Shown piece by piece: positions 7,903-18,950 of a stretch of 32,000 nt of DNA; the first letter of the stretch is position 1; each line of letters starts with the position of its first letter. Below the pieces are notes generated by a model that saw only the letters and a list, made by a program, of their open reading frames with translations, was not told where the DNA came from and did not search any database. The translations under genes and the position numbers were made by a program. Source of the DNA: a secondary endosymbiont of Trabutina mannipara. GTDB taxonomy: Bacteria; Pseudomonadota; Gammaproteobacteria; Enterobacterales; Enterobacteriaceae. The stretch lies in assembly GCF_900090215.1 (NCBI RefSeq), contig NZ_LT594522.1:180001-212000 (forward strand), given 5' to 3'.

Positions 7903-9702
7903 ATGAAAAATATACGCAATTTCTCTATTATCGCTCATATAGACCATGGTAAGTCAACTTTATCTGATTGTTTTATAAAAATATGTGGTGGTTTAAGTAA
8001 ATATCAAATGGACGATAAAGTGCTATATCCTATGGAATTAGAGCGTGAGCGCGGCATTACTATTAAATCCAGAAGTGTAATGCTCAACTATAAAGCGCTT
8101 AACGGTCAGTATTATCAATTAAATTTTATTGATACTCCGGGACATGTAGACTTTTTATATGAAGTTTCCCGTTCTCTGGCAGCATGTGAAGGAGCTCTAC
8201 TATTAGTAGATGCAGGACAAGGTGTTGAAGCACAGACACTTGCTAATTGCTATACCGCGCTAGAAATGAATTTAGAAGTAGTTCCGGTGTTGAATAAAAT
8301 AGATTTACCTTTTGCTAATCCAGATCTCGTTGCTCATGAAATAGAAGATATCATCGGTATTGACGCAACTGATGCAGTACGCTGTTCTGCAAAAACAGGA
8401 TTAGGTGTATTTGATGTACTTGAAAGGGTGGTACGTGATATCCCTCCTCCTAAAGGAGATCCCTCAATATCTCTACAGGCGCTAATTATCGATTCCTGGT
8501 TTGATAATTATTTAGGTGTTGTATCGCTAGTACGTATTAAAAATGGTACTCTACGTAAAGGCGATAAAATAAAAGTAATGAGTACCTGTAAAATTTACTG
8601 CGTAGCAAGTATTGGTGTTTTTACACCTAAACGTATTGAATTAGCTGTACTTAATTGCGGAGAAGTAGGTTGGCTGGTTTGCGCTATTAAAGATATCCAC
8701 GGCGCTCCAGTTGGAGACACCTTAACTTTTGCGCATCAACCTGCAGATAAGGTATTGCCAGGATTTAAAAAAGTAAAGCCTCAAGTATACACTGGATTGT
8801 TTCCGATGAGTTCTGAAGACTATGAATTGTTTCGTGATGCTCTCAGTAAACTAAGCCTAAATGATGCTTCGCTGTTTTATGAACCTGAAAATTCTACTGC
8901 GCTTGGATTTGGATTTCGCTGCGGTTTTCTTGGTCTTCTTCATATGGAAATTATTAAGGAGCGGCTAAAGCGCGAATACGATCTTGATATCATCACTACT
9001 GCCCCTACAGTAATTTATGAAGTGCTCACAACTGATAATAAGAAGATATACGTTGATAGTCCGTCTAAACTACCAACTATGAACAATATTGCTGAAATTC
9101 GTGAGCCTATTGCTGAATGTCATATGCTGCTACCGAATAATTATTTGGGTAGAATTATCAATCTATGTATAGAAAAGCGAGGCGTGCAGATTAATATGGT
9201 ATATTATGGTAATAATGTAGCGCTGACTTATGATATTCCTATGAACGAAGTGGTGTTCGATTTTTTTGACAGGATAAAAGCTACATCTAGTGGCTATGCA
9301 TCTCTAGAATATGGATTTAAGCGTTTCCAAACCTCAGATATGGTGCGAATAGATATATTAATTAATGGTCAAAGAGTAGATGCGTTATCCTTAATTATTC
9401 ATCGTAATAATATACTATACCGTGGCAACGAATTTGTTGATCAGCTTAAAAAGATGATTCCTCGTCAGCAGTTTGATATTAAAATTCAGGCAGCAATTGG
9501 AAAAAATATTATTGCTAGTTCCACAATTAAACAAATGCGTAAAAACGTGATTGCAAAATGCTATGGCGGAGATGTTAGTCGTAAAAAAAAGCTATTGCAA
9601 AAGCAGAAAGAAGGTAAAAAGCGCATGAAGCATGTAGGTAACGTTAAGCTTCCAAAAGAAGTATTTCTAGCATTTTTGCAAATAGGTAAAAAAAACAAAT
9701 AA
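7903..9702 (+). CDS. lepA: translation elongation factor 4
   Basis: 599-aa ORF, the same length as E. coli Lep[36 protein letters not shown] GTPase motifs. Confidence 0.97.
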   Translation: MKNIRNFSIIAHIDHGKSTLSDCFIKICGGLSKYQMDDKVLYPMELERERGITIKSRSVMLNYKALNGQYYQLNFIDTPGHVDFLYEVSRSLAACEGALLLVDAGQGVEAQTLANCYTALEMNLEVVPVLNKIDLPFANPDLVAHEIEDIIGIDATDAVRCSAKTGLGVFDVLERVVRDIPPPKGDPSISLQALIIDSWFDNYLGVVSLVRIKNGTLRKGDKIKVMSTCKIYCVASIGVFTPKRIELAVLNCGEVGWLVCAIKDIHGAPVGDTLTFAHQPADKVLPGFKKVKPQVYTGLFPMSSEDYELFRDALSKLSLNDASLFYEPENSTALGFGFRCGFLGLLHMEIIKERLKREYDLDIITTAPTVIYEVLTTDNKKIYVDSPSKLPTMNNIAEIREPIAECHMLLPNNYLGRIINLCIEKRGVQINMVYYGNNVALTYDIPMNEVVFDFFDRIKATSSGYASLEYGFKRFQTSDMVRIDILINGQRVDALSLIIHRNNILYRGNEFVDQLKKMIPRQQFDIKIQAAIGKNIIASSTIKQMRKNVIAKCYGGDVSRKKKLLQKQKEGKKRMKHVGNVKLPKEVFLAFLQIGKKNK

Positions 9703-9720
9703 GATTTTTGAGAAGATTGT

Positions 9721-10701
9721 ATGACGAACGATACATTTTCACTATTTTTAGCAATTACTACACTTATCACCGGAATTATTTGGTTTTTAACGAAGCTATT
9801 GCCGTTCCGCTGTACTAATACCAGCAAGCAACAACGTATTTTTTTTGCAAAAAAAACATCAGATAATAATCTAATAAATGTAGACTTGAGAAATACTTGC
9901 ACGTTGTTTTTTCCTGTATTATTAGTAGTATTCTTAGTCCGCTCATTTATTTTTGAACCATTTCAAATTTCTTCAGGATCGATGATGCCAACGCTATTAT
10001 TAGGTGATTTTATTTTTGTAGAAAAATTCTATTATGGAATTAAAAACCCGATTACACAGAAAACGCTAATTAAATTTTTTTCTCCGAAACGCGGAGATGT
10101 TGTAGTTTTTAAATATCCAATCGATCCCAAAATTAATTATATTAAACGAGTTGTAGGATTACCTGGTGATCTTATCATCTATGATTCTGTTAACAAGCAA
10201 TTGAAAGTCCATCCTTTCGGCAATTTAAAGGAACAAAAATTTGTACCTTCGTTACCGATTGCTTATAGCAAAATCACTTATAGCGATTTTGTACAGATAT
10301 TTGATTTAAATAAAAAGATTAATAGCCTTATTATGCAGGTTCCTATAAATAATCAGGTTCCTATTAATAATAATATTAATAAAGGAGGTATTCGCCTAAT
10401 GCAAAATAAAGAATCATTAGGCAGCTTAGTATATAATATTTTGATATTACCAGGATCTAAAGATCAATTAATTAATTATTATCAGCATAATGGCTGCTCT
10501 ATAGCAAAATGGGTTGTGCCGCCAGGTGAATATTTTATGATGGGCGATAACAGGGATAATAGCGCAGATAGTCGTTATTGGGGATTCGTACCAGAAAAAA
10601 ATATAGTTGGTAAAGCAACTGCTATTTTGATTAGTTTTGATATACAGAAAGAACAATGGCCGCCAATCATACGCTTTAATCGTATTGGCAGTATTAATTA
10701 A
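9721..10701 (+). CDS. lepB: signal peptidase I
   Basis: 326 aa. Catalytic boxes SGSMMPTL, KRVVGLPGD and GDNRDNSADSRYWGFVP. It follows lepA as in enterobacteria. It contains an in-frame QVPINN-QVPINN duplication. Confidence 0.95.
   Translation: MTNDTFSLFLAITTLITGIIWFLTKLLPFRCTNTSKQQRIFFAKKTSDNNLINVDLRNTCTLFFPVLLVVFLVRSFIFEPFQISSGSMMPTLLLGDFIFVEKFYYGIKNPITQKTLIKFFSPKRGDVVVFKYPIDPKINYIKRVVGLPGDLIIYDSVNKQLKVHPFGNLKEQKFVPSLPIAYSKITYSDFVQIFDLNKKINSLIMQVPINNQVPINNNINKGGIRLMQNKESLGSLVYNILILPGSKDQLINYYQHNGCSIAKWVVPPGEYFMMGDNRDNSADSRYWGFVPEKNIVGKATAILISFDIQKEQWPPIIRFNRIGSIN
10336..10371 (+). repeat. in-frame 18-nt tandem duplication (17/18 identical) inside lepB
   Basis: CAGGTTCCTATAAATAAT / CAGGTTCCTATTAATAAT. 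Both copies encode QVPINN. Confidence 0.9.
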
Positions 10702-10707
10702 ATTAAT

Positions 10708-10751
10708 TTTTAAAATAAAAGATTGTTTATTTTAAAATAAAAGATTGTTTA
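10708..10751. repeat. perfect tandem duplication, 22 nt x2 (TTTTAAAATAAAAGATTGTTTA)
   Basis: Read directly. It lies in the lepB-rnc spacer (the rnc leader region). Confidence 0.9.
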
Positions 10752-10821
10752 GCAACATAAATTAATCTATCATTTTATATAATTTTTCAATTTTTACGTA
10801 ACATTGAGTAATTAATAACAC

Positions 10822-11502
10822 ATGGATCTTAAATTACTAAATAGTCTACAGAAAAAAATTGGTTATTTTTTTCAAAAACACGAACTTTTATTTAAAGCAT
10901 TAACACACCGTAGCGCTAATATTAATCACAATGAACGGTTAGAATTTTTAGGAGATTCTATATTAAATTATGTTATCGCTCATGCTATTTATCAGCGTTT
11001 TCCTTACGCAGATGAAGGAAATATGAGCCGTATGCGAGCTACGTTGGTACGCGGGAATACGCTCACAGAAATAGCGAAAGAATTTAATATAGGTAATTGT
11101 TTAATTCTTGGTCCTGGAGAGCTAAAAAGTGGCGGTTTCTACCGTGAATCAATATTGGCTAATACAGTAGAAGCATTGTTTGGCAGCGTATTTTTAGATA
11201 GTGATATTCAAACTGTTGAAAAAATTATACTTAAATTGTATAATACACGATTAACTAAAATAAGTACAGTTGATACACAAAAAGATTCAAAGACAAGGTT
11301 GCAGGAATATCTTCAAAGACGTCATTTACCGTTGCCTATCTATATGATGGTACAAGGACCTTGCAATACTCCAGATCTAGATTTTATTATACATTGCAAG
11401 GTCAGTGGATTAGCACAGCCTGTAATAGGTAATGGATTAAGCCGTCGTAAAGCTGAACATAATGCAGCAAAACAAGCACTTAAAATTCTAAATATAGAAT
11501 GA
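10822..11502 (+). CDS. rnc: ribonuclease III
   Basis: 226 aa (the E. coli length). Signature [12 protein letters not shown] and a C-terminal dsRBD (KTRLQEYLQ...[13 protein letters not shown]). Confidence 0.96.
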   Translation: MDLKLLNSLQKKIGYFFQKHELLFKALTHRSANINHNERLEFLGDSILNYVIAHAIYQRFPYADEGNMSRMRATLVRGNTLTEIAKEFNIGNCLILGPGELKSGGFYRESILANTVEALFGSVFLDSDIQTVEKIILKLYNTRLTKISTVDTQKDSKTRLQEYLQRRHLPLPIYMMVQGPCNTPDLDFIIHCKVSGLAQPVIGNGLSRRKAEHNAAKQALKILNIE

Positions 11503-12389
11503 AGAAGTATTGTGGGTTTGTAGCTATCGTAGGCCGATCTAATGTTGGTAAATCAACATTATTGAATAAATTATTAAAACAAAAAATTTCCATTACATCA
11601 AGCAAACCCCAAACAACCCGTTACAAGATTATGGGTATTAATACCGTAGATCCTTATCAAACAATCTATTTAGATACACCAGGTATACATATTAAAGAAA
11701 AAAAAGAAATTAACTTTTTAATGAATCGTGTTGCTACTAGTTCTATTAGTGACGTAGAAATTGTTATTTTTGTTGTTGAAGGTACAAAATGGATGGTAGA
11801 CGATGAAATTGTAATTAATAAACTGCAGCATATTAGCTGTCCTATAATTTTAGCAATAAATAAAATAGATAATATCATTAACAAAAAGCATTTATTACCT
11901 CATATTAAGTTGCTTAGTAGTAAAAAAATACATTTTCATGATATTGTGCCTATAAGCTCTAAAAATGGTATGAATATCAATATATTAGCAAATATCGTTC
12001 GCAAGTTGCTGCCAGAATCAATATACTATTTTCCTAAAAATTATATTACCGATAGATCTAAAAGATTTAGAGCATCGGAGATCATAAGAGAAATTTTGAT
12101 AAATTTTCTAGAAAAGGAGCTGCCTTATTCCATTACAGTAGAAATTGAAAAATTTCAATATAACGATATAGGAGTATATGATATACATGGAATTATTTTT
12201 GTAGAGAGAATTAGCCAAAAGAAAATAGTTATAGGTAATAAAGGAAGCAAAATTAAAATTATCAGCGTTAAATCTAAAAAAGAACTAGAATTTAGATTAG
12301 ATACTAAGGTAAATCTAAAACTTTGGGTAAAAGTTAAATCAGGATGGACTGATAATCAATTTACTCTGCGTAGTCTTGGTTATAACTAA
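11499..12389 (+). CDS. era: GTPase Era
   Basis: 296 aa. G1 motif [17 protein letters not shown]. Its ATG overlaps the rnc stop (ATGA), as in the conserved rnc-era operon. Confidence 0.95.
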   Translation: MKKYCGFVAIVGRSNVGKSTLLNKLLKQKISITSSKPQTTRYKIMGINTVDPYQTIYLDTPGIHIKEKKEINFLMNRVATSSISDVEIVIFVVEGTKWMVDDEIVINKLQHISCPIILAINKIDNIINKKHLLPHIKLLSSKKIHFHDIVPISSKNGMNINILANIVRKLLPESIYYFPKNYITDRSKRFRASEIIREILINFLEKELPYSITVEIEKFQYNDIGVYDIHGIIFVERISQKKIVIGNKGSKIKIISVKSKKELEFRLDTKVNLKLWVKVKSGWTDNQFTLRSLGYN

Positions 12390-12542
12390 TTATAAATTTA
12401 TAAAAATATTATACACACTAGCGCACATGCAAAAAAGAAATATTCTTCTCCCAGCTATAATTGTCATTATGGACATTAGTGTCCTACATAAAAAATGTAA
12501 AATATCAGAAATTTATCATTCTACAATAATGTGCTGCTACTA

Positions 12543-12923
12543 ATGGCAATTATTGGCATTGGAACTGATATTGTTGATATTAAACGCATTGAAGCAGTTG
12601 TCTTTCGCAATGGAGATCAGTTAGCACGCAGAGTTCTTAGTTCCAATGAGTTGATACAATATCATCAGCATAATCGTCCAGTACGCTTTCTAGCTAAACG
12701 TTTTGCAGTAAAAGAAGCAGCATCAAAGGCACTAGGTACTGGTATCCGTAATGGACTAACTTTTTCTCAATTTGAAATATACAATGACAAGAAAGGTAAA
12801 CCTTCGTTAAAGTTGTTTGCTAAAGCTGATGAAATTGCTAGAAGATTAAGTATTACTGGCATGTACGTTACGTTGACAGATGAAAGGCGTTATGCTTGTG
12901 CTACAGTTATTTTTGAACGATAA
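12543..12923 (+). CDS. acpS: holo-[acyl-carrier-protein] synthase
   Basis: [17 protein letters not shown]...[25 protein letters not shown]...[13 protein letters not shown] is colinear with E. coli AcpS (126 aa). I prefer the ATG at 12543 to the GTG at 12531 used by the ORF track, because it aligns with the E. coli start MAILGLGTDIV. Confidence 0.9.
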   Translation: MAIIGIGTDIVDIKRIEAVVFRNGDQLARRVLSSNELIQYHQHNRPVRFLAKRFAVKEAASKALGTGIRNGLTFSQFEIYNDKKGKPSLKLFAKADEIARRLSITGMYVTLTDERRYACATVIFER

Positions 12924-13103
12924 CAACAAGAGCATTTTCAGTAGCTAAAATTAGCCTCATATATAAATAATCTTAAAATTTCTATATACCATAAGTATCG
13001 CAAGCTATAATTTACTAACATCAATAGGTACCTATCATCGATTTTTATACTTCAAATAATATCGCTGAAAATGTCGTATTAAAATTGTAATTAGAATTAC
13101 AGC

Positions 13104-13123
13104 GCGCTTTTCTAAAAAAGCGC
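13104..13123. terminator. possible bidirectional terminator hairpin between convergent acpS and priA
   Basis: GCGCTTTT-CTAA-AAAAGCGC, a perfect 8-bp stem whose arms carry T/A runs in both orientations. It sits in the 252-nt convergent spacer. Confidence 0.4.
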
Positions 13124-13175
13124 TAAATTTATTAGCATAACACAATTAAATGACAATAAATATAAATATGTAAAT

Positions 13176-15404
<2,229 letters not shown>

Positions 15405-15502
15405 TCATAAACATTAACATTGAGTTTTAAATAAAGCGCGCGTATACTGCTGCGGTAATCTTTATGATAAACTAAGTATATACAGTCTTAAAGAGGTTTT
15501 TT

Positions 15503-15712
15503 ATGCAAAAAAATATACATCCTAAATACGTAGAAATTATTGCAACATGTTCTTGCGGTAATGTCATTAGTATTAATTCTACTATTGGACACAATATAAA
15601 CCTTGATGTATGCGGCGTTTGCCATCCATTTTATACTGGTAAACAACGTGTTGTTGATACCGGAGGTCGTGTTAATCGTTTTAATAAACGTTTTCATATA
15701 CCCAAAAATTAG
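15503..15712 (+). CDS. rpmE: 50S ribosomal protein L31 (Zn-binding type)
   Basis: 69 aa. [14 protein letters not shown]...[28 protein letters not shown]. An AAGAGG-like SD lies upstream. Confidence 0.95.
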   Translation: MQKNIHPKYVEIIATCSCGNVISINSTIGHNINLDVCGVCHPFYTGKQRVVDTGGRVNRFNKRFHIPKN

Positions 15713-15808
15713 TTCTTCTTATAAAAAAGAAAAACAGTTTTTCAACTAATGATGTTCGGGTCTGATAATACCAGAATAGGTTTACTCAAACGTCGCTTTT
15801 AAAAGCTG

Positions 15809-15893
15809 CGGAGGAGTAGAGATTTGAACTCTAGAACGTTTGCACGTCGCCGGTTTTCAAGACCGGTACCTTCAACCACTCGGTCACTCCTCC
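15809..15893 (-). tRNA. serT: tRNA-Ser (anticodon UGA)
   Basis: The reverse complement GGAGGAG TG ACC GAGTGGTTGAA GGT A CCGGT CTTGAAA ACCGG CGACGTGCAAACGTTC TAGAG TTCAAAT CTCTA CTCCTCC G folds as a class II tRNA with all stems paired. It is near-identical in architecture to E. coli serT. No CCA is encoded (trailer CAGC). Confidence 0.93.
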
Positions 15894-16289
15894 TAAGGAT
15901 AAATTTTAAAATTTAAAAATAAACGCCAAAAATTTGTTATGTTAGTATTTTACTGCACTGATGTTTTTATTACAATATGAATATTACAATTATAAATAGC
16001 AATCTTCTTCACCTTGTATATTCACAGTGTATACAAGTACTGCAATTAATTATTCCTATTTTTGATTTAGGTACTTTTTCTACGGACTATTCCATTGGGA
16101 AAGATGTAACAAAATAAACAAAATAGTAGTACCTATGGATGTTAACGGAACCGAAATAAGTACTGATGTTATTTATTTATTTTTCTATTTACATCTCTTC
16201 TATTAGAAGCATTTGCTAAAGCTTATGGTTAAATGGTCCTCAAAAGGCAACAAACAAAGCAAAGTAAATTGTCTGTAGTTATTAACTAT

Positions 16290-16317
16290 AGTTAAATATA
16301 TTAAGTTAAATATATTA
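16290..16317. repeat. perfect tandem duplication, 14 nt x2 (AGTTAAATATATTA)
   Basis: Read directly. It ends 1 nt from the 3' end of tRNA-Pro. Confidence 0.9.
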
Positions 16318-16318
16318 A

Positions 16319-16392
16319 TCGGCATGAGAGGATTTGAACCTCTGACCCCCGACACCCCATGACGGTGCGCTACCAAGCTGCGCTACATGCCG
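16319..16392 (-). tRNA. proL: tRNA-Pro (anticodon GGG)
   Basis: The reverse complement CGGCATGTAGCGCAGCTTGGTAGCGCACCGTCATGGGGTGTCGGGGGTCAGAGGTTCAAATCCTCTCATGCCGA has the acceptor pair CGGCATG/CATGCCG and T-arm AGAGG-TTCAAAT-CCTCT. The anticodon loop ATGGGGT resembles E. coli proL. No CCA is encoded (trailer TTA). Confidence 0.92.
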
Positions 16393-16434
16393 TATGTATA
16401 AAGTTATATCATAAAAAAATTAATTAATAAATTT

Positions 16435-16710
16435 TTAAGCATTAATGAAGTCAATATGGGTAACCTTGGGTTTAAAAGGATGATATTGCATTGATTTTAA
16501 TTTTACTATACTTTCTTCTTTACCATTAATAATTATAATTAAAGTATTACCATGCATTTTGTTGTTTAACACAACATCATGATCTACCTCTATAGCCAGA
16601 GGTTGTTTAAATTTTCCATAAATTATAGCAGGAATTTTATTTAAGAACCGCAGGCGGCGGCTTGCACTTTTACCTTTATATTTACGAATTTCAGCGTTTA
16701 TAGTTAACAT
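16435..16710 (-). CDS. rplY: 50S ribosomal protein L25
   Basis: 91 aa. MLTINAEIRKYKGKSASRRLR..NKIPAIIYG...PLAIEVDHD...HPFKPKVTHIDFI is colinear with E. coli RplY (94 aa). Confidence 0.93.
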   Translation of the reverse strand: MLTINAEIRKYKGKSASRRLRFLNKIPAIIYGKFKQPLAIEVDHDVVLNNKMHGNTLIIIINGKEESIVKLKSMQYHPFKPKVTHIDFINA

Positions 16711-16839
16711 ATATATTCAAACCTATTTGATGAAGTAATTGCAAATAAAATAGCATATTTTATTTGCACTATGTTATTATATTTTCCTGTTTTTTACTGT
16801 AATGACAATGCAATTGCAGATAATTTTTATTAATTATCA

Positions 16840-16868
16840 CTTGAAAAAATACGGTAATATTACTATAT
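16840..16868 (+). promoter_or_regulatory. putative sigma-32 promoter of ibpAB
   Basis: CTTGAAA (16840-16846), 14-nt spacer, TACTATAT (16861-16868). The E. coli sigma-32 consensus is CTTGAAA-N13-15-CCCCATnT. It lies about 140 nt upstream of the ibpA ATG. Confidence 0.45.
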
Positions 16869-16892
16869 GAATAATAACTAGAATAATAACTA
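16869..16892. repeat. perfect tandem duplication, 12 nt x2 (GAATAATAACTA)
   Basis: Read directly. It starts immediately after the putative ibpA -10 element. Confidence 0.9.
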
Positions 16893-16905
16893 GTATCTTA
16901 GTTAT

Positions 16906-16935
16906 TTACTTAATGATCTTTTACTTAATGATCTT
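16906..16935. repeat. perfect tandem duplication, 15 nt x2 (TTACTTAATGATCTT)
   Basis: Read directly. It lies in the ibpA 5' leader. Confidence 0.9.
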
Positions 16936-16971
16936 AAATAAAAAAAAGAAGTTTAAAAAAAGAAGGTTATT

Positions 16972-16999
16972 AAACCCTCTGCTGAATTTTTGGAGGTTT
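16972..16999 (+). promoter_or_regulatory. putative SD-sequestering hairpin (RNA-thermometer-like) in the ibpA 5' UTR
   Basis: AAACC(C)UCU (16972-16980) can pair with GGAGGUUU (16992-16999): 8 bp with one bulged C and one G-U. This encloses the GGAGG Shine-Dalgarno 9 nt before the ATG. The loop is 11 nt. Confidence 0.35.
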
Positions 17000-17005
17000 T
17001 AAGCT

Positions 17006-17419
17006 ATGCGTAATTTTGATTTTTCACCGCTGTATCGATCAGCAATAGGTTTCGATCGTCTAGTTAATCTGCTAGAAGCAAGCCAAAATAAGGGCAGCAA
17101 CAGCTATCCTCCTTATAATGTTGAATTGGTTAGCGAAAATAAGTATCGTGTTTCTATTGCAGTTGCAGGTTTTGCTGAAAAAGAACTTGATATTACCGCT
17201 CATGACAATATTATGACAATAAAAGGTGTTCACACTAGCGAAAATAACCAAAATAATTATTTATATCAAAGCATAGAAGATTGTAATTTTGAACGTAAAT
17301 TTCAGTTATCTGAATTTATACAAATAAAAGGGGCGCATTTAGTAAATGGTTTGCTTTTTATTGATTTAGAACGAATTATGCCAGAAACATTAAAGCCGCG
17401 CCGCATTGAGATAAACTAA
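17006..17419 (+). CDS. ibpA: small heat-shock protein IbpA
   Basis: 137 aa (the E. coli length). [19 protein letters not shown]...YPPYNVE...[10 protein letters not shown] alpha-crystallin domain. GGAGG SD lies 9 nt upstream. Confidence 0.95.
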   Translation: MRNFDFSPLYRSAIGFDRLVNLLEASQNKGSNSYPPYNVELVSENKYRVSIAVAGFAEKELDITAHDNIMTIKGVHTSENNQNNYLYQSIEDCNFERKFQLSEFIQIKGAHLVNGLLFIDLERIMPETLKPRRIEIN

Positions 17420-17451
17420 GTTTATTTTTTTTAAAAAAAGGAGTTAATAAT

Positions 17452-17910
17452 ATGCTTAATTACAAGCTTTCTCCATTATTTAATCAGTGGATCGGTTTTG
17501 ATAAGCTAGCTAATAATATACAAGATGATCTTGAGGATATAGGTTATCCTCCATACAACATTGAAAAAAAAGATGATAAAAATTATAGTATTACCCTAGC
17601 ACTTGCTGGCTTTAAACAAGAAGGACTATCGATTGAATTAGAAGGACCGCGTCTAACCATTAAAGGTAAACCTGTATTAGATATAAAAGAGACACATTAT
17701 TTACATCAAGGTCTGGTTTGTAAGGAATTCTCGCTTAGTTTTACCCTAGCTGAGCATATGACAGTTAAACAAGCTAACTTTAATTATGGGTTACTTAAAA
17801 TTGAACTTGAACTTCATATTCCAGAATCAATGCAGCCACGACATATTGCTATTAGTGGTAATAATAACTACTATTCGGGACTTCAAGATCGAATTTTAAA
17901 TAAAAAATAA
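17452..17910 (+). CDS. ibpB: small heat-shock protein IbpB
   Basis: 152 aa. [13 protein letters not shown]...[18 protein letters not shown]. It is a tandem paralogue directly after ibpA, with an AGGAG SD. Confidence 0.92.
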   Translation: MLNYKLSPLFNQWIGFDKLANNIQDDLEDIGYPPYNIEKKDDKNYSITLALAGFKQEGLSIELEGPRLTIKGKPVLDIKETHYLHQGLVCKEFSLSFTLAEHMTVKQANFNYGLLKIELELHIPESMQPRHIAISGNNNYYSGLQDRILNKK

Positions 17911-17933
17911 AATTTAAATATTTTAAAAAATAT

Positions 17934-17980
17934 AAAAGCCCATTATCATTATTGATGATTAAATGGGCTTTTTTCTTTTT
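17934..17980 (+). terminator. rho-independent terminator of ibpAB
   Basis: AAAAGCCCATT (17934-17944) and AATGGGCTTTT (17962-17972) form an 11-bp stem. It is followed by a T-rich run (TTTTCTTTTT), 24 nt after the ibpB stop. Confidence 0.7.
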
Positions 17981-18015
17981 GATCTAAAAGATCACCCTAA
18001 TATATAATAAATAAT

Positions 18016-18930
18016 ATGCAAAATTTTAATAGAAAAACTTTTCAAGGATTAATTCTAACTCTCCAGGAGTATTGGGTGCGTTATGGTTGTACCCTTGTTC
18101 AGCCACTAGATATAGAAGTTGGTGCTGGCACATCCCATCCCATGACTTGTTTGCAAGCAATTGGACCAGAACCTATTGCTAACGCTTATGTACAGAATTC
18201 TCGCCGTCCCAAAGATGGACGCTACGGGGAAAATCCCAATCGTTTGCAGCATTATTATCAATTTCAGGTTATCATGAAACCTTCTCCAGACAATATACAA
18301 GAACTATATCTTAATTCTATAATTAAATTGGGTTTAGATCTTACAATTAATGATCTACGTTTTGTAGAAGATAACTGGGAAAATCCTACACTAGGAGCTT
18401 CTGGTATTGGTTGGGAAGTATGGTTAAATGGTATGGAAGTTACGCAATTAACTTATTTTCAGCAAATAGGATGTCTAGAGTGCCGCCCGGTTACAGGAGA
18501 AATTACTTATGGTCTTGAGCGTTTAGCTATGTATTTGCAAGATGTAGACAGCGTTTATGATTTGGTATGGAGCGAGGGGACATTAGGTCGTAGAACTTAT
18601 GGAGATTTATTACACCAAAACGAAGTAGAACAATCAACCTATAATTTTGAATATGCTGACGTTGATTTTTTATTTTATTGTTTTGAACAGTACGAAAAAG
18701 AGGTTAAAAGTTTGCTCTCTCTAGAGAAACCTTTACCGTTGCCTGCTTATGAGCGTATCTTAAAGGCAGCGCATAGTTTCAATTTGTTAGATGCACGTAA
18801 AGCTATTTCAGTAACAGTACGCCAGTACTATATTTTGCGAATTCGCACATTGACTAAAGCAGTAGCGGAAGCTTACTACGCTTCACGCGAATCGCTAGGC
18901 TTTCCCCTATGTGAAAAAATAAAAAATTAA
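18016..18930 (+). CDS. glyQ: glycyl-tRNA synthetase alpha subunit
   Basis: 304 aa. [35 protein letters not shown]...[16 protein letters not shown] is nearly identical in pattern to E. coli GlyQ. Confidence 0.97.
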   Translation: MQNFNRKTFQGLILTLQEYWVRYGCTLVQPLDIEVGAGTSHPMTCLQAIGPEPIANAYVQNSRRPKDGRYGENPNRLQHYYQFQVIMKPSPDNIQELYLNSIIKLGLDLTINDLRFVEDNWENPTLGASGIGWEVWLNGMEVTQLTYFQQIGCLECRPVTGEITYGLERLAMYLQDVDSVYDLVWSEGTLGRRTYGDLLHQNEVEQSTYNFEYADVDFLFYCFEQYEKEVKSLLSLEKPLPLPAYERILKAAHSFNLLDARKAISVTVRQYYILRIRTLTKAVAEAYYASRESLGFPLCEKIKN

Positions 18931-18950
18931 GTTAATAATAAGAAATAGCT

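Noticed and set aside
15977-16117. 46-codon ORF (MNITIINSNLLHLVYSQCIQ...) in the 425-nt serT-proL spacer, with an 8-bp hairpin at about 16012-16036
   Set aside because: It has no Shine-Dalgarno, no recognisable similarity and AT-rich random-looking composition. It is most likely decayed spacer. A relic of an unknown gene cannot be excluded without a database search.
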